The translations under genes and the position numbers were made by a program. From an uncultured Butyricicoccus sp. (GTDB lineage Bacteria > Bacillota > Clostridia > Oscillospirales > Butyricicoccaceae): a stretch of DNA of 64,000 bases. The notes under the pieces were generated by a model that saw nothing but the letters and a program-made list of their open reading frames with translations, was not told the DNA's origin and made no database searches. Numbering within the stretch: the stretch's first letter is position 1; each line of letters opens with the position of its first letter. The stretch is taken from assembly GCA_959018045.1 (NCBI GenBank), contig CAUEJN010000002.1, positions 3,577 to 67,576 of the forward strand. The letters are read 5' to 3'. This document shows, piece after piece, positions 1 to 12,978 of the stretch.

Positions 1-115
1 TCATAAGATTTCAAAAAGGCAAGTGTTTTGCTTAATGTTAGCTATATGTAACTTGAAAGGGGTCGGAAAAGTTCCAGAATCTGACGTTTGCCACTCTCCG
101 GCCAGGGGTATACTA

Positions 116-314
116 AGGTCAGAAAGGTCAGAAGGTCAGAAAAAGGTCAAGAAAATGAAAAAGTGAGAAAAAAAGAGATTTGGAGAGAAAAAGAGAGATA
201 ACACCGGATTCTGTAAAACAGATCGAACGCAAAGGTCAGAAAAGGTCAGAAATTTCGCTTGCAATTTTGGTGGGAAGGATTATAATAAGAAGCACAAGGT
301 CAGGAAAGGTCAGG
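116..314 (+). promoter_or_regulatory. CtsR operator clusters and sigma-A promoter(s) of the ctsR operon
   Basis: Direct heptad repeats AGGTCAG/AGGTCAA at about 116-150 (four), 233-250 (two) and 297-314 (two), resembling the CtsR box; TTGCAA (259-264) and TATAAT (281-286) promoter elements; immediately upstream of ctsR. Confidence 0.85.
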
Positions 315-356
315 AACCGAACCAAAGCCTTGAGAAAAAGAAACGAGGTCACGCTT

Positions 357-809
357 ATGAAAATGTCAGATACGATCGCAGCCTTTATTATGGACTGCTT
401 ATCCGATGGCGGCGGTGTCGCGGAATTACAGCGGCGCGGCTTAGCCGAGCGATTTTCCTGCGTGCCCAGCCAGATCAACTACGTCATCGAGACCCGCTTC
501 ACCCCGGAAAACGGCTATCTGGTCGAATCGCGGCGAGGCGGCGGCGGATATATCCGCATCGTGCGCGTACAGGATGATAAACAGCGCATGCTGCTCGAGG
601 CCGCAAGGGCGGCGGGCGGACAGCTGACGCAGAACGAAGCCGCAAGACTGATTCGTTCGTTCCTATCCATCGGCCTGCTGACCACCCGCGAGGGAAAATT
701 GCTGATGGGAGCCTGTACCGACGGTGCGCTGTCCGAGATTCCGGCGGAACACCGCGACCGCATCCGCGCAGCCGTGTTCCGGTGCGCGATCCTGGGCATC
801 ACCACTTAA
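357..809 (+). CDS. ctsR: Class III heat-shock repressor CtsR
   Basis: CVPSQINYVIETRF and RRGGGGYIRI motifs; first gene of the mcsA-mcsB-clpC cluster; start moved to ATG 357. Confidence 0.95.
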   Translation: MKMSDTIAAFIMDCLSDGGGVAELQRRGLAERFSCVPSQINYVIETRFTPENGYLVESRRGGGGYIRIVRVQDDKQRMLLEAARAAGGQLTQNEAARLIRSFLSIGLLTTREGKLLMGACTDGALSEIPAEHRDRIRAAVFRCAILGITT

Positions 810-863
810 AATAATGTTGTAAACAAAATCTTTTCGTGTATAGATCAAAGGAGTTGAGCCTTT

Positions 864-1415
864 ATGCTGTGTCAGAACTGTGGTAAGAATGAAGCAACCA
901 TGTATTTCAGACAGACGGTCAACGGGCAGACCAAAGAGATGCATCTGTGCCCGGAATGTGCCGATAAGCTGGGCGTAAACAATCAGTTCGCCCAAAGTTT
1001 CCATTCCAGTTTCGCAAAACCGTTCACGTCGTGGTTTGACGACGATCCGTTTTTCACTCAGCCGTTCCAGTCGCTGTTCGGCGCACCGTTTTCGCAGACC
1101 GCACAGCTTGGCGGCGGCAGACGCTGCCCGACGTGCGGCATGACCGAATCGGAGCTGCAGCGGAGTGGCCGCGCAGGCTGCGCCGACTGCTATAAGACCT
1201 TCGAGGACATCTTAACGCCGTACATCCGCAAGCTGCAAGGCGCGACCGCACACGTCGGTCAGGCGCCCAAGGCACAAAACGATGCACAGCCTGTGGAAAA
1301 CCCGACGGCCTCGCTCAAGCAGAAGCTGACCGAAGCCATTAAGCAGGAAAATTATGAGGAGGCCGCGCGGCTGCGCGACGAAATTCGTCGATTGGAGGGT
1401 GAAAACCATGCGTAA
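864..1415 (+). CDS. mcsA: McsA activator of protein-arginine kinase
   Basis: Four CxxC motifs plus C-terminal UVR motif (ENYEEAARLRDEI); operon context. Confidence 0.93.
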   Translation: MLCQNCGKNEATMYFRQTVNGQTKEMHLCPECADKLGVNNQFAQSFHSSFAKPFTSWFDDDPFFTQPFQSLFGAPFSQTAQLGGGRRCPTCGMTESELQRSGRAGCADCYKTFEDILTPYIRKLQGATAHVGQAPKAQNDAQPVENPTASLKQKLTEAIKQENYEEAARLRDEIRRLEGENHA

Positions 1416-2415
1416 CTATGCCATTCACGGCGGCTTTACCGGACTTGCCGCTTCTACTCGCGTCCGTCTGGCGCGTAACGTCAAGGGTTACCCCTACCGC
1501 AATTTAACACCCGGTCAGCTGACCGAGATTGCAAATAAGGTCTGGGATGCACTCTCTGCCGCACCGGCAGTCGCAAACGGCCTGCACATGACCGATGTCC
1601 GCGCAGGCAGTCAGGAAGCCATGCAGCTGATTGAGAAACACATGATTTCCCCGGAGTTTGCCAAGAAGGGCGGCAAGCTGATCGCCTCGGACAGCGGCGA
1701 CATCGCTATTATGCTGGGCGAGGAAGATCACATCCGCTTGCAGGTCATGGGCACCGGCTTGTGCCCCAAGGAGTGCATGGAGACGGCAAAACGTATTGCC
1801 GATCTGATCGAAAACCGTGTCCCCTTTGATTACAGCGACCAGCTGGGCTACCTCACCGCTTGCCCGTCCAATCTGGGCACCGGCTTGCGCGTGTCGGTTA
1901 TGCTCCACCTGCCTGTTTTGACGCAGTCTGGCGCAGCGGAACGACTGGTCGGCTGGGCGGCTCGTCAGGGCTTCACCGTGCGCGGTGCGTACGGCGAGGG
2001 CACTCGCGCCGCAGGCGGCTTCTATCAGATTTCCAACCAGATCACTCTGGGTCTCAGCGAAGACGCAATCGTCGATAAACTCATCACCGCCGCAACCGAG
2101 GTCATCGATCAGGAGAAAAAGGCACGCGAACAGCTCAGAAGCCAGAACGAGGACGCTCTGTTTGACCGCATTGCTCGCTCGGCTGGTGTCCTGCGCCACG
2201 CAAGATTGCTGCCCAGTCAGGAAGCAGTCACCTGTATTTCCGATGTACTCATCGGCTTGCAGATGGGTTATCTGACCGGCGTTTCCCCGGAAGAACTCAT
2301 CGAGACAGAACAGATGACCCAACCGGCTCTGATTGCCGGCGCTCCGCATGAACGCGACCGCGTCCGCGCACAGAAATTGCGCGAGGTCACCGAAGGCTTG
2401 CGCATTCAGGACTAA
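1408..2415 (+). CDS. mcsB: Protein-arginine kinase McsB
   Basis: STRVRLARN, EEDHIRLQ, LTACPSNLGTGLR and VRGAYGEG phosphagen-kinase motifs; start after GGAGGG RBS, overlapping mcsA stop. Confidence 0.93.
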   Translation: MRNYAIHGGFTGLAASTRVRLARNVKGYPYRNLTPGQLTEIANKVWDALSAAPAVANGLHMTDVRAGSQEAMQLIEKHMISPEFAKKGGKLIASDSGDIAIMLGEEDHIRLQVMGTGLCPKECMETAKRIADLIENRVPFDYSDQLGYLTACPSNLGTGLRVSVMLHLPVLTQSGAAERLVGWAARQGFTVRGAYGEGTRAAGGFYQISNQITLGLSEDAIVDKLITAATEVIDQEKKAREQLRSQNEDALFDRIARSAGVLRHARLLPSQEAVTCISDVLIGLQMGYLTGVSPEELIETEQMTQPALIAGAPHERDRVRAQKLREVTEGLRIQD

Positions 2416-2418
2416 GTA

Positions 2419-2892
2419 CGCACCCCTCACTGAAAGTTTCGCCAGCCTTTTCAAAGGCTGCGGGTTCTCAGGGCAGAGCCCTGAGCCGGACTCCGCAGAG
2501 TCCGGAATCCCCACTTGAAACCCGGTGTCCGACCCGGGTTTCAACCCAAAATAACAAAAAATCGCTCGCCGCAGCGAGCGAAATTCCCCCGCGGCCTTTT
2601 GGCCGCTCATGGAATCCGTTCCCACGGAACGGATTCCCCAAGCCATGCCCCTTGTGCCCACCCCCAACGGAAAGACCACAGACTGGGCAAAGGAGGGAAA
2701 ACCAATCCGGTAGATTGGTTTTCATGAATGCGCTTTGCGCGTAAAAAAGAACGATATTTTAGTTGATTTTCCCTTGCGGGGGACGGGAAAATCAAAAAGA
2801 GAGTTTCGCCATCTGCGGATGGCGACCAGGTTCCACCTGGACTGGCCAGCCTGCGCGGCTGGACCGCGCCGGGCCGCAGGCCCGGATCCATT
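2419..2892. repeat. Modular hairpin repeat copy R1 (two inverted arms with central linker)
   Basis: CAGCCTTT..AAAGGCTG, CTCAGGGCAGAGCCCTGAG, CGCA-loop stems and TTGA..TCAA hairpins shared with 13 other loci. Confidence 0.95.
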
Positions 2893-2944
2893 TTGAAATT
2901 TCATCCTAAATTTACGTTTTCTCTCCCGAAAGGAGTGTATCTAT

Positions 2945-5428
2945 ATGCTTTATAACAACCGCTTCACCGACCGTGCATCTTCGGCGCTCCAGCTTGCGCA
3001 GGAAGCCGCCGGACGCATGGGTCATAACTACGTCGGTTCCGAGCATCTGCTCGACGGCCTTGTACTGGAAGGCGGCGGCATGGCTGCCAAAGTGCTGACC
3101 GAGGCCGGTGTGACCGCGGAAAAAATTGAACAGCAGATTGAGAAGCTGGTCGGCTTCGGCGCACCCGACCCGTCTGCACCGCAGGGTCTGACCCCGCGCA
3201 CCAAGCGCATCGTCGAACTGGCAGTCGCAGCCGCATCCCAGCTTGGCCATGGCTACGTCGGCACCGAGCACCTGCTGTACGGCCTGCTGTACGAGGGTCA
3301 GAATGTCGCAATCACCATCCTAAACGCCCTTGGCGTGGACTCCCGCAGCCTGATGCAGACGCTGTCGCAGCACATGGGCGAGCATCAGCCGACGGGCGGC
3401 GTAGCTGGTCAGAGCGCATCCGAGCCGGAGGCTGCCGGCGGTGCTGGCAAGGCACTGGCACAGTACGGTAAGGATCTGACCAAGGCTGCCCGTGATGGTC
3501 AGCTCGACCCGGTCATCGGCCGTAAGAACGAGATCGACCGCGTGATCCAGATCCTGTCCCGCCGTACCAAGAATAACCCGGCGCTGGTTGGCGACCCGGG
3601 CGTTGGCAAGACCGCAGTTGCCGAGGGTCTGGCGCAGAAAATCGCGTCGGGCGACGTACCGGATAACCTCAAGGACAAGAAGCTCATCGCCCTTGACCTG
3701 ACCGGCATGATTGCAGGCGCAAAGTATCGCGGCGAGTTCGAGGAGCGCATCAAGAGCGTTCTGGAGGAGCTGCAAAAGGATAAAAATGTCATCCTGTTCA
3801 TCGATGAGCTGCACATGATCGTGGGTGCAGGCGCGGCAGAGGGCGCAGTCGACGCTGCAAATATCTTAAAGCCCGCCCTCGCGCGCGGCGACATCCAGAT
3901 TATCGGCGCAACCACACTCGACGAGTACCGCAAGCACATCGAGAAGGACGCAGCGCTCGAGCGCCGCTTCCAGCCGGTCACGGTCAACGAGCCGTCGCCC
4001 GAGGAAGCCGTCCAGATTCTAACCGGCCTGCGCGACCGCTATGAAGCGCATCACGGCATTAAGATTTCCGACGAGGCCATCGAAGCAGCCGTCAAGCTGT
4101 CTGTGCGCTATGTTTCGGGTCGTCAGCTGCCCGATAAGGCCATCGACCTGATCGATGAGGCATGCTCGCGTGTTCGCATGCAGGCTATGACTCCCCCGCC
4201 CGATTTAAAGTCCCTCGAGGACGAAATTTCCGCCCTGTCCGCCAAGAAGGACGAGGCCGTCCGTGCTCAGGACTACGAGCAGGCTGCTAAGCTGCGCGAC
4301 GAGCAGGGGGCAAAGCAGGCCGAGGCTGACAAGCAGCGCAAGGCTTGGGAGGACACCAAGGCAACCGCGCGTGATACGGTATCGGCTGACGATATCGCAG
4401 AGGTTATCGCAGGCTGGACGGGCATTCCGGCAGCTCGCCTGACCGAGGACGAAGGTCAGCGCCTGTTACAGCTCGAGGATACCCTGCACGCTCGTGTGAT
4501 CGGCCAGGATGAGGCTGTTAATGCCGTTGCCCGTGCCATCCGCCGCGGCCGTGTTGGCCTGCGCGACCCCAAGCGCCCAATCGGTTCGTTTATCTTCCTT
4601 GGCCCCACCGGTGTCGGTAAGACCGAGCTGTGCAAGACTCTTGCAGAAGCCCTCTTCGGTGACGAAAACGCAATGCTGCGCTTCGATATGTCCGAGTATA
4701 TGGAGAAGCATAGCGTCGCTCGCATGATCGGTTCGCCTCCGGGATACGTCGGCTATGACGAGGGCGGCCAGCTGACCGAGAAGGTCAGAAGAAAGCCGTA
4801 CTCGGTTGTCCTGTTCGACGAGATCGAGAAGGCTCACCCCGATGTCTTTAACATTCTGCTTCAGATTCTGGAAGACGGCCAGCTGACCGACGGCCAGGGT
4901 CGTAAGGTGGACTTCAAGAACACTGTGCTCATCATGACCTCCAACATCGGCGCACAGAAGATCACCGGCAAGGGTCGCAAGAGTCTGGGCTTCGGCGGCG
5001 ACGAGCAGTCCACCGGCGAGCAGAGCTTCGAGGACATCAAGAAGGAAGTTCTGTCCGACCTCAAGGAGGCATTCCGCCCCGAACTCATCAACCGTATCGA
5101 CGAGATCATCGTCTTTAACCGCCTGACCGAGGAGGAAATCGGCAAGATCGCAGACGGCATGCTGCGTCAGGTTGCATCCCGCATGGACGAGATGGAGCTG
5201 ACGATGGATTGGACACCGGCAGCCCGTGCCCATCTGGTCAAGGCCGGTTTCGACCCGATCTACGGCGCTCGTCCGCTCAGACGTGCCATCCAGTCCGAGG
5301 TCGAAGACCTTGTCGCAGAGGACTTCCTGCGCGGCAACGTCCAGCGCGGTCAGCACGTCACCCTGGACGAGGAGGACGGTAAGCTGGTTCTCAGATCCGC
5401 ACAGACCACAGAGGAGTCTAAGGACTAA
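2945..5428 (+). CDS. clpC: ATP-dependent Clp protease ATPase subunit ClpC
   Basis: Clp N repeats, two AAA+ modules ([16 protein letters not shown]), UVR linker, LGF ClpP-docking loop. Confidence 0.97.
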   Translation: MLYNNRFTDRASSALQLAQEAAGRMGHNYVGSEHLLDGLVLEGGGMAAKVLTEAGVTAEKIEQQIEKLVGFGAPDPSAPQGLTPRTKRIVELAVAAASQLGHGYVGTEHLLYGLLYEGQNVAITILNALGVDSRSLMQTLSQHMGEHQPTGGVAGQSASEPEAAGGAGKALAQYGKDLTKAARDGQLDPVIGRKNEIDRVIQILSRRTKNNPALVGDPGVGKTAVAEGLAQKIASGDVPDNLKDKKLIALDLTGMIAGAKYRGEFEERIKSVLEELQKDKNVILFIDELHMIVGAGAAEGAVDAANILKPALARGDIQIIGATTLDEYRKHIEKDAALERRFQPVTVNEPSPEEAVQILTGLRDRYEAHHGIKISDEAIEAAVKLSVRYVSGRQLPDKAIDLIDEACSRVRMQAMTPPPDLKSLEDEISALSAKKDEAVRAQDYEQAAKLRDEQGAKQAEADKQRKAWEDTKATARDTVSADDIAEVIAGWTGIPAARLTEDEGQRLLQLEDTLHARVIGQDEAVNAVARAIRRGRVGLRDPKRPIGSFIFLGPTGVGKTELCKTLAEALFGDENAMLRFDMSEYMEKHSVARMIGSPPGYVGYDEGGQLTEKVRRKPYSVVLFDEIEKAHPDVFNILLQILEDGQLTDGQGRKVDFKNTVLIMTSNIGAQKITGKGRKSLGFGGDEQSTGEQSFEDIKKEVLSDLKEAFRPELINRIDEIIVFNRLTEEEIGKIADGMLRQVASRMDEMELTMDWTPAARAHLVKAGFDPIYGARPLRRAIQSEVEDLVAEDFLRGNVQRGQHVTLDEEDGKLVLRSAQTTEESKD

Positions 5429-5740
5429 TCCCCGCCCGCAGGCGAAATAAAGCTTTCGCTCAAGCCTTTCTCGAAAGGCTTGCGGGTTCTCAGGGCAGAG
5501 CCCTGAGACGCGCTCCGCAGAGCGCGGAATCCCCTCTTGAAACCCGGTGTCCGACCCGGGTTTCAATGAAACTCTCGTTTTCAATCGCTCGCCGCAGCGA
5601 GCGAAACTCCCCTCTTGATTCCGGTCTTTTGACCGGAATCAACCAAAAATAATGAAAAAGCGCCGTCCGCAGACGGCGCAATCCCCCGCGGCCAATGGCC
5701 GCTCATAGACCCGAGCGCAAAGCTCGGGTCTTTTTTTATT
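5429..5740 (+). repeat. Modular hairpin repeat copy R2 (single arm, internal module duplicated, ends in hairpin plus T tract)
   Basis: Starts TCCCCGCCCGCAGGCG immediately after clpC stop; same modules as R1. Confidence 0.95.
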
Positions 5741-5755
5741 CTTTTATGCAGCCTG

Positions 5756-6457
5756 TCACGCACCACATCCCGCCGACACCTGCACCGGCTTTCTCGCAGC
5801 CTTGGCCACTCTCAGTACCAGATAAACGCCGAAAATCACCGTGTACAGCACAATATCCATCCACTTCTTTTCAAATTTCGGGATAAACAGTACCATAACA
5901 TGCACGTAGATCAGCCCAAAGAACACATACGCCAGCCGCTGGAGCTTCTTCCAGTCTCCCCCACGCATCTTGCCGCGGATGGTCTTGAACGAGGTCACCA
6001 TCAGCGGAATCATGACCGCAATCATCACAATCGAAATGATTGCCGCCGCCATGGTTTGGGGCTTCATCTCGGCAGGATTGGTAAAGAGCATCACAAAGTG
6101 CTTTTTGCCGTAAATGATGTTGTGACCGAGGGTCAGAATGCACGCGATGATGGACAGCTGACCGCGTACACCCATGAGCTTGCGCACAGCGGGACGCTTT
6201 GCATCCAGCGCACCCACATACATGATGACCATAAACATAGCGGTGGACAGCGCGCCGCGCTTAAAAGGGTTTACAATGTGGTTGGTGAGCCATTCGGGTG
6301 CAGCATCGCGCCAGCCGAGCTGGTAATACAGGACTTCAGCGACGACGATGAGGACAGCGAGAGCATAAAACGCGCCGGTGTGCTTGCGAATTGCGTCTTG
6401 ACAGCCGAGGGCGAAAATGAGCGTGAGTACGAGAGATACCAGGATATAGGGATACAT
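5756..6457 (-). CDS. Ferric reductase-like / MsrQ(YedZ)-like heme-binding membrane protein
   Basis: Multi-pass hydrophobic protein with RGQLSIIACILTLGH and WKKLQRLAYVFFGLIYVH motifs; GGAGG RBS. Confidence 0.75.
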   Translation of the reverse strand: MYPYILVSLVLTLIFALGCQDAIRKHTGAFYALAVLIVVAEVLYYQLGWRDAAPEWLTNHIVNPFKRGALSTAMFMVIMYVGALDAKRPAVRKLMGVRGQLSIIACILTLGHNIIYGKKHFVMLFTNPAEMKPQTMAAAIISIVMIAVMIPLMVTSFKTIRGKMRGGDWKKLQRLAYVFFGLIYVHVMVLFIPKFEKKWMDIVLYTVIFGVYLVLRVAKAARKPVQVSAGCGA

Positions 6458-6490
6458 ACCATTCCTCCTTCTTTGGGGTGAGACGAATAT

Positions 6491-6544
6491 AGTTAGTTAT
6501 AGCTAACTGTTTGAGAGTATATAACAGAAATTTTGATAAGTCAA
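6491..6544 (-). promoter_or_regulatory. Sigma-A promoter with downstream palindromic operator
   Basis: Minus strand TTGACT-17 bp-TATACT; palindrome AGTTAG-N6-CTAACT at 6491-6508 between -10 and RBS. Confidence 0.7.
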
Positions 6545-6669
6545 CTATTTTGTCGTGTAAAGTCTTGAATAAATCTTAAAATAATCTTAAACTGTCCTTA
6601 ATTGGAGTTTTTAAGAGAAAATGGTATGATGGAAACAGAGGGAGACGGACGTTTTTGCAGCGAAGCGGG

Positions 6670-6900
6670 AAAAAAGAAAACCGTCCCCAGCGGGAACGGT
6701 TTTCATGAGCGCGCTTTGCGCGCAAAGGGTCTTGCTCGCTGAGGCGAGCGCTCTTTGTTATTTTTTGGTTGAAGCCCGGGGCGGACACCGGGTTTCAAAA
6801 GGGGATTTCGCACTCTGCGGAGTGCGACTCAGGGCTCTGCCCTGAGAACCCGCAGCCTTTGAAAAGGCTGGCGAAACTTTCAGTGAGGGGTGCGGTGATT
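6670..6900 (-). repeat. Modular hairpin repeat copy R3 (single arm)
   Basis: Reverse complement of the same module series, starting just after the stop at 6905. Confidence 0.95.
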
Positions 6901-6904
6901 ATCC

Positions 6905-8038
6905 TTACTTTCGACCGAGTAATTTCCGCGCGAAGCCTTTGAGCTTCTCCATACCGCTTGTCTTGGTATAATCCGCGACGACGGCGGCGAGGGGTTCATT
7001 TTCCAATCGCTTCATGGCCTCGTTTCTCTGCGGGTGACCGTGTGCCGAGGTAGTGACGGCGGGGTTATACTGTGTCGCCTGGGCAAAGGTGACGGCCTTA
7101 CTCTCCACCCGATCCGCGATAGCCGCGAGGGCTTTTTTACCCTGTTCGGTCTGCACGAGCACGAGCGAAGTACCCTTATCATCGTCCATTTCAGGCAGGC
7201 ATTTTTCGATGCCCCAGAAGTCGCCCAGAGTGAGATCGGCGTAGCCGCCGGTCTTAGCCGGGCAATCGGTGCACGAGGGACGGTTATAGAGGTCGCGCAG
7301 GAAGCCCTTCATATACGGGTCGTCCATGACCGGGCGCAGAATCTCCTTGCCATCGACGAAGTAGTTGGTCGCGTATCGCTTCCAGCTCTGACGCTTGTCG
7401 CGCAGGCGCACATCGGTGACCGTGCCCAGCTCATGCAGGTTTTTTTCCCAGATTTTGGGAGATGGCACGCCGTGGCAGACGATAGCGACCGTGAGCACCT
7501 TGTCGGCGTTGCCGTCGAGGTAAGCGCGCAGGCCGGCGGTCTGGCAGGGCGTACCCGAGAACAGCACCGGGGTGTTGTTGTCCACGAGGTCACGAATCTG
7601 GCGGAACACGTCGCCCAGATCGGATTGGACATATTTTGCGCCGCGCATGGGTTCCACGCCGGTTTCGTCCCAGGCGATGACGTGCTGGACGCGGAAATCG
7701 TCGCCGAATACCGCGCCGCACACCGCGCCGCCCTGGTTCAGAACATCGGTGGACAGCAGTGAGAACACGCCGCCCGACGAGGAGAACCGGCGCAGGATGT
7801 CGTCCTTCGCGCGTACCGCCATGGCCTGCGGCTGGGGCGGATTGGGCTTGCGGTTCAGGCACGGGCAGACGGCTTCGCAGGCATCACAGCCGATGCACAG
7901 GTCAGGATTGACGACCGGATAGGAAAAACCCTCGTCATCTGTCTGCATGGTGATGCAGTTTTGCGGGCAGACCGACACGCAGGCGGTGCAGCCGCAGCAT
8001 TTGGTTTTATCGGTAATCTGAATCATAATAACGTTCAC
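6905..8038 (-). CDS. 4Fe-4S dicluster / coenzyme F420 hydrogenase beta-subunit-like protein
   Basis: N-terminal CCGCTACVSVCP and CIGCDACEAVCP; SSSGG, KYVQS, GTPCQ and CHGVPS motifs. Confidence 0.8.
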   Translation of the reverse strand: MNVIMIQITDKTKCCGCTACVSVCPQNCITMQTDDEGFSYPVVNPDLCIGCDACEAVCPCLNRKPNPPQPQAMAVRAKDDILRRFSSSGGVFSLLSTDVLNQGGAVCGAVFGDDFRVQHVIAWDETGVEPMRGAKYVQSDLGDVFRQIRDLVDNNTPVLFSGTPCQTAGLRAYLDGNADKVLTVAIVCHGVPSPKIWEKNLHELGTVTDVRLRDKRQSWKRYATNYFVDGKEILRPVMDDPYMKGFLRDLYNRPSCTDCPAKTGGYADLTLGDFWGIEKCLPEMDDDKGTSLVLVQTEQGKKALAAIADRVESKAVTFAQATQYNPAVTTSAHGHPQRNEAMKRLENEPLAAVVADYTKTSGMEKLKGFARKLLGRK

Positions 8039-8893
8039 CTTTTCTGTTAACTCTCGAAATAGAGCGGATACAGGTATTATACCACAGATTCGTGAAAAGT
8101 CGAACGGCTCACGTGTAGAAGGCAGAAAAATGACCGGAGTCAGGAGATATCTGCCAAAACGAATAAAAAACGTCTTAAAATTTTGTTCATATTTTTTTGA
8201 AATTCAGGTAACAAAATGGAATCAAGAATCGTCTAATAAGTAGTGAGAAAAAATGCAGGCAGAGGGGGAAAGAATCATGCCGATACCGATGAAAAGAAAG
8301 ACAGGGTATGCGTTTTCGTACGGATCGCTCGCGATTGCAGGAATCTTCATGTTGTTGTATCTGCGGCCGGGCTTGCCGCCGCACCGCGCTGCACGCGGCA
8401 CTCGACTGCGCAGCCTTGGGACTGAGTGCCCTGGTCTGGCTGTCACCTGAATGGCTGTTTGGCTGGGGCGTGAGTGCATGCTTTTTCGACGTGCTGCCCC
8501 CCCCCGTTTTACGGGGGGTATTTTTTCTTTCCCAAACAGGAGAAAAATTGTCCCCATCCTGTGGATAAACAAGGGTGAAAGGAGAGAAAAATTGGAGAAA
8601 ATGACGATTTTTTTGCTGAGTGACAGGAAATTACCACAACATTACAAAACAAAATGCATAATACTCCGTCATTTTACCTATCTATTTGCAGGGGAAACCG
8701 TCAATAAATTGCTTTTGTTTTGAAAACTGTGAAAAGTGCACAAAGAACAAACAGTAAAAAGGTGGAAGTTGCCAGAGCCTATTTCTTTTCATATATGTTA
8801 TAATAAACGTGCTGGTGACAACCAGAAATTTGGACGAAATGACGAATCAAGTCAGGATTCATCGAACACGGACGAAACGGAGGCAAACGGAAT

Positions 8894-11524
<2,631 letters not shown>

Positions 11525-11618
11525 GCCTAGGGATAAAACTGAATGAGCCCGGATCGAGTTGCGGAAACCGGCAGATGAATGAATTTAGCCCTCCGTGAAT
11601 CGTCCAAATATCCCAAGA

Positions 11619-11648
11619 AGAGCACCGCTTGTCAAGAGCGGTGCTTTT
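11619..11648 (+). terminator. Intrinsic terminator after ppdK
   Basis: AGCACCGCT..AGCGGTGCT followed by TTT. Confidence 0.7.
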
Positions 11649-11665
11649 CGCATGTAAAAGAGGAA

Positions 11666-11900
11666 ATCCCGCCCGCAGGCGAAATTGAAGCTTTCGCCAG
11701 CCTTTCTCGAAAGGCTGCGGGTTCTCAGGGCAGCGCCCTGAGCCGCATCCCGCAGGATGCGGAATCTCCTGTTGAAACCCGGGGTTCGGCCCGGGTTTCA
11801 ACAAACTCTCGTTCAAAGCGCTCGCCGCAGCGAGCAAGACTCTTTTGCGCGCAAAGCGCGCTCATAAGACCCGACCCGCTGGATCGGGTCTTTTTTATTG
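11666..11900 (+). repeat. Modular hairpin repeat copy R4 (single arm)
   Basis: ATCCCGCCCGCAGGCG start, standard modules, terminal hairpin plus T tract. Confidence 0.95.
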
Positions 11901-12129
11901 TTTTTTTACTCCCTAGCACCCATTTTATCCGCGCACGGCACGGGAGTATATCAGCACTAGACGATCTGCAATACAACAAATGGTAATCACTATACCAATA
12001 GTATACAACGCCCCTCACCCCTAAACTTTTCCCCCGTTCCCCTGCCCTTCCTTGCCCTGGTTCGCTTGCATTTTTTGCCAAAATGCTTTATCCTATTTTT
12101 AGTAACAGAAGTAAGGATGGAAAGCCCGT

Positions 12130-12948
12130 ATGAAGTATGATCTGATTGCGCTTGACCTGGACGGCACGGCGCTCAACCCGCATAACACCGTATCTCCCGC
12201 CGTCCGCGAGGCCGTCGCCTGGGCACGCAGCTGCGGTGTCCATGTCGTCATCTCGACCGGACGTATTTGCAGCGAAGCGGCAGAATTTGCGCAGATGATG
12301 GGCGCAAACGACGAGATGGTCACATCGGGCGGAGCCACCCTGTCCAGCGTGTCCAAGAGCGGCTGCACCATGCGCATTTCGATTCCGTGGGAACCGGCTG
12401 TGCGCGCGGCAGCGGTTGTCGAGCGCGTGGGCATGACCTCGATGATCTACGCCGGAGAACACCTGTATATTACGCCTTACGACGAGATGTTTTTCAGTCA
12501 GTATAAGACCAATGAGGGCTTTCTGTCGAGCAAGCAGGTCGTGCCCTCGGTCGCCGAGTACATCGCGACCCATCACCTGTCGGTCGATAAGATTTTCTGC
12601 CGCTCGCGCGAACCGTTTATGCTGCAAATGGCACGCCGTCAGATTTCATGTATTCCGGGTGTTCGCGTGATGAGCTCGGCGGACGATAACATCGAAATTA
12701 TCTCCCCCCTGGCCGATAAGGGCAGCGCACTGACCATGCTGTGCACCCAGCTGGGCACGACGCTCGACCGCTGCATCGCCATCGGAGACAGCGAGAACGA
12801 TCTGGAAATGCTGCACGCAGTCGGTATGCCGGTTGCGATGGGCAATGCAAACGATGAGGTTAAGTCAATCGCAAAATATATCACCGATACCAACGCCAAC
12901 GACGGCGTAGCCAAGGCCATCTATTATCTGCTCGGCCGCGAGCGGTAA
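12130..12948 (+). CDS. Cof-type HAD-IIB hydrolase
   Basis: DLDGT, STGR, K and GDSENDLEM motifs. Confidence 0.92.
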   Translation: MKYDLIALDLDGTALNPHNTVSPAVREAVAWARSCGVHVVISTGRICSEAAEFAQMMGANDEMVTSGGATLSSVSKSGCTMRISIPWEPAVRAAAVVERVGMTSMIYAGEHLYITPYDEMFFSQYKTNEGFLSSKQVVPSVAEYIATHHLSVDKIFCRSREPFMLQMARRQISCIPGVRVMSSADDNIEIISPLADKGSALTMLCTQLGTTLDRCIAIGDSENDLEMLHAVGMPVAMGNANDEVKSIAKYITDTNANDGVAKAIYYLLGRER

Positions 12949-12978
12949 TGCTGGAATCGGGAGAGGAGGGCGACGAAG

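Noticed and set aside
180..356. N-terminal extensions given by the ORF track (ctsR, also prfA, coaE, malQ, yjbQ, infC, flavin reductase)
   Set aside because: They run through promoters, operators or repeats; downstream starts with good RBS match family lengths.
2468..2904. Recurrent short ORFs inside the repeats (e.g. [25 protein letters not shown])
   Set aside because: They recur only because the DNA is repeated; frames, starts and lengths are inconsistent and substitutions preserve base pairing rather than amino acids.
8560..8568. Single perfect DnaA box (TGTGGATAA) upstream of ppdK
   Set aside because: An isolated 9-mer is plausible by chance in 64 kb.
8727..8745. Rex-like site CTGTGAA-AAG-TGCACAA upstream of ppdK, and a half match near 26256-26273 before bcd
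   Set aside because: Spacing or half-site deviates from the 18-bp Rex consensus; too weak to call.
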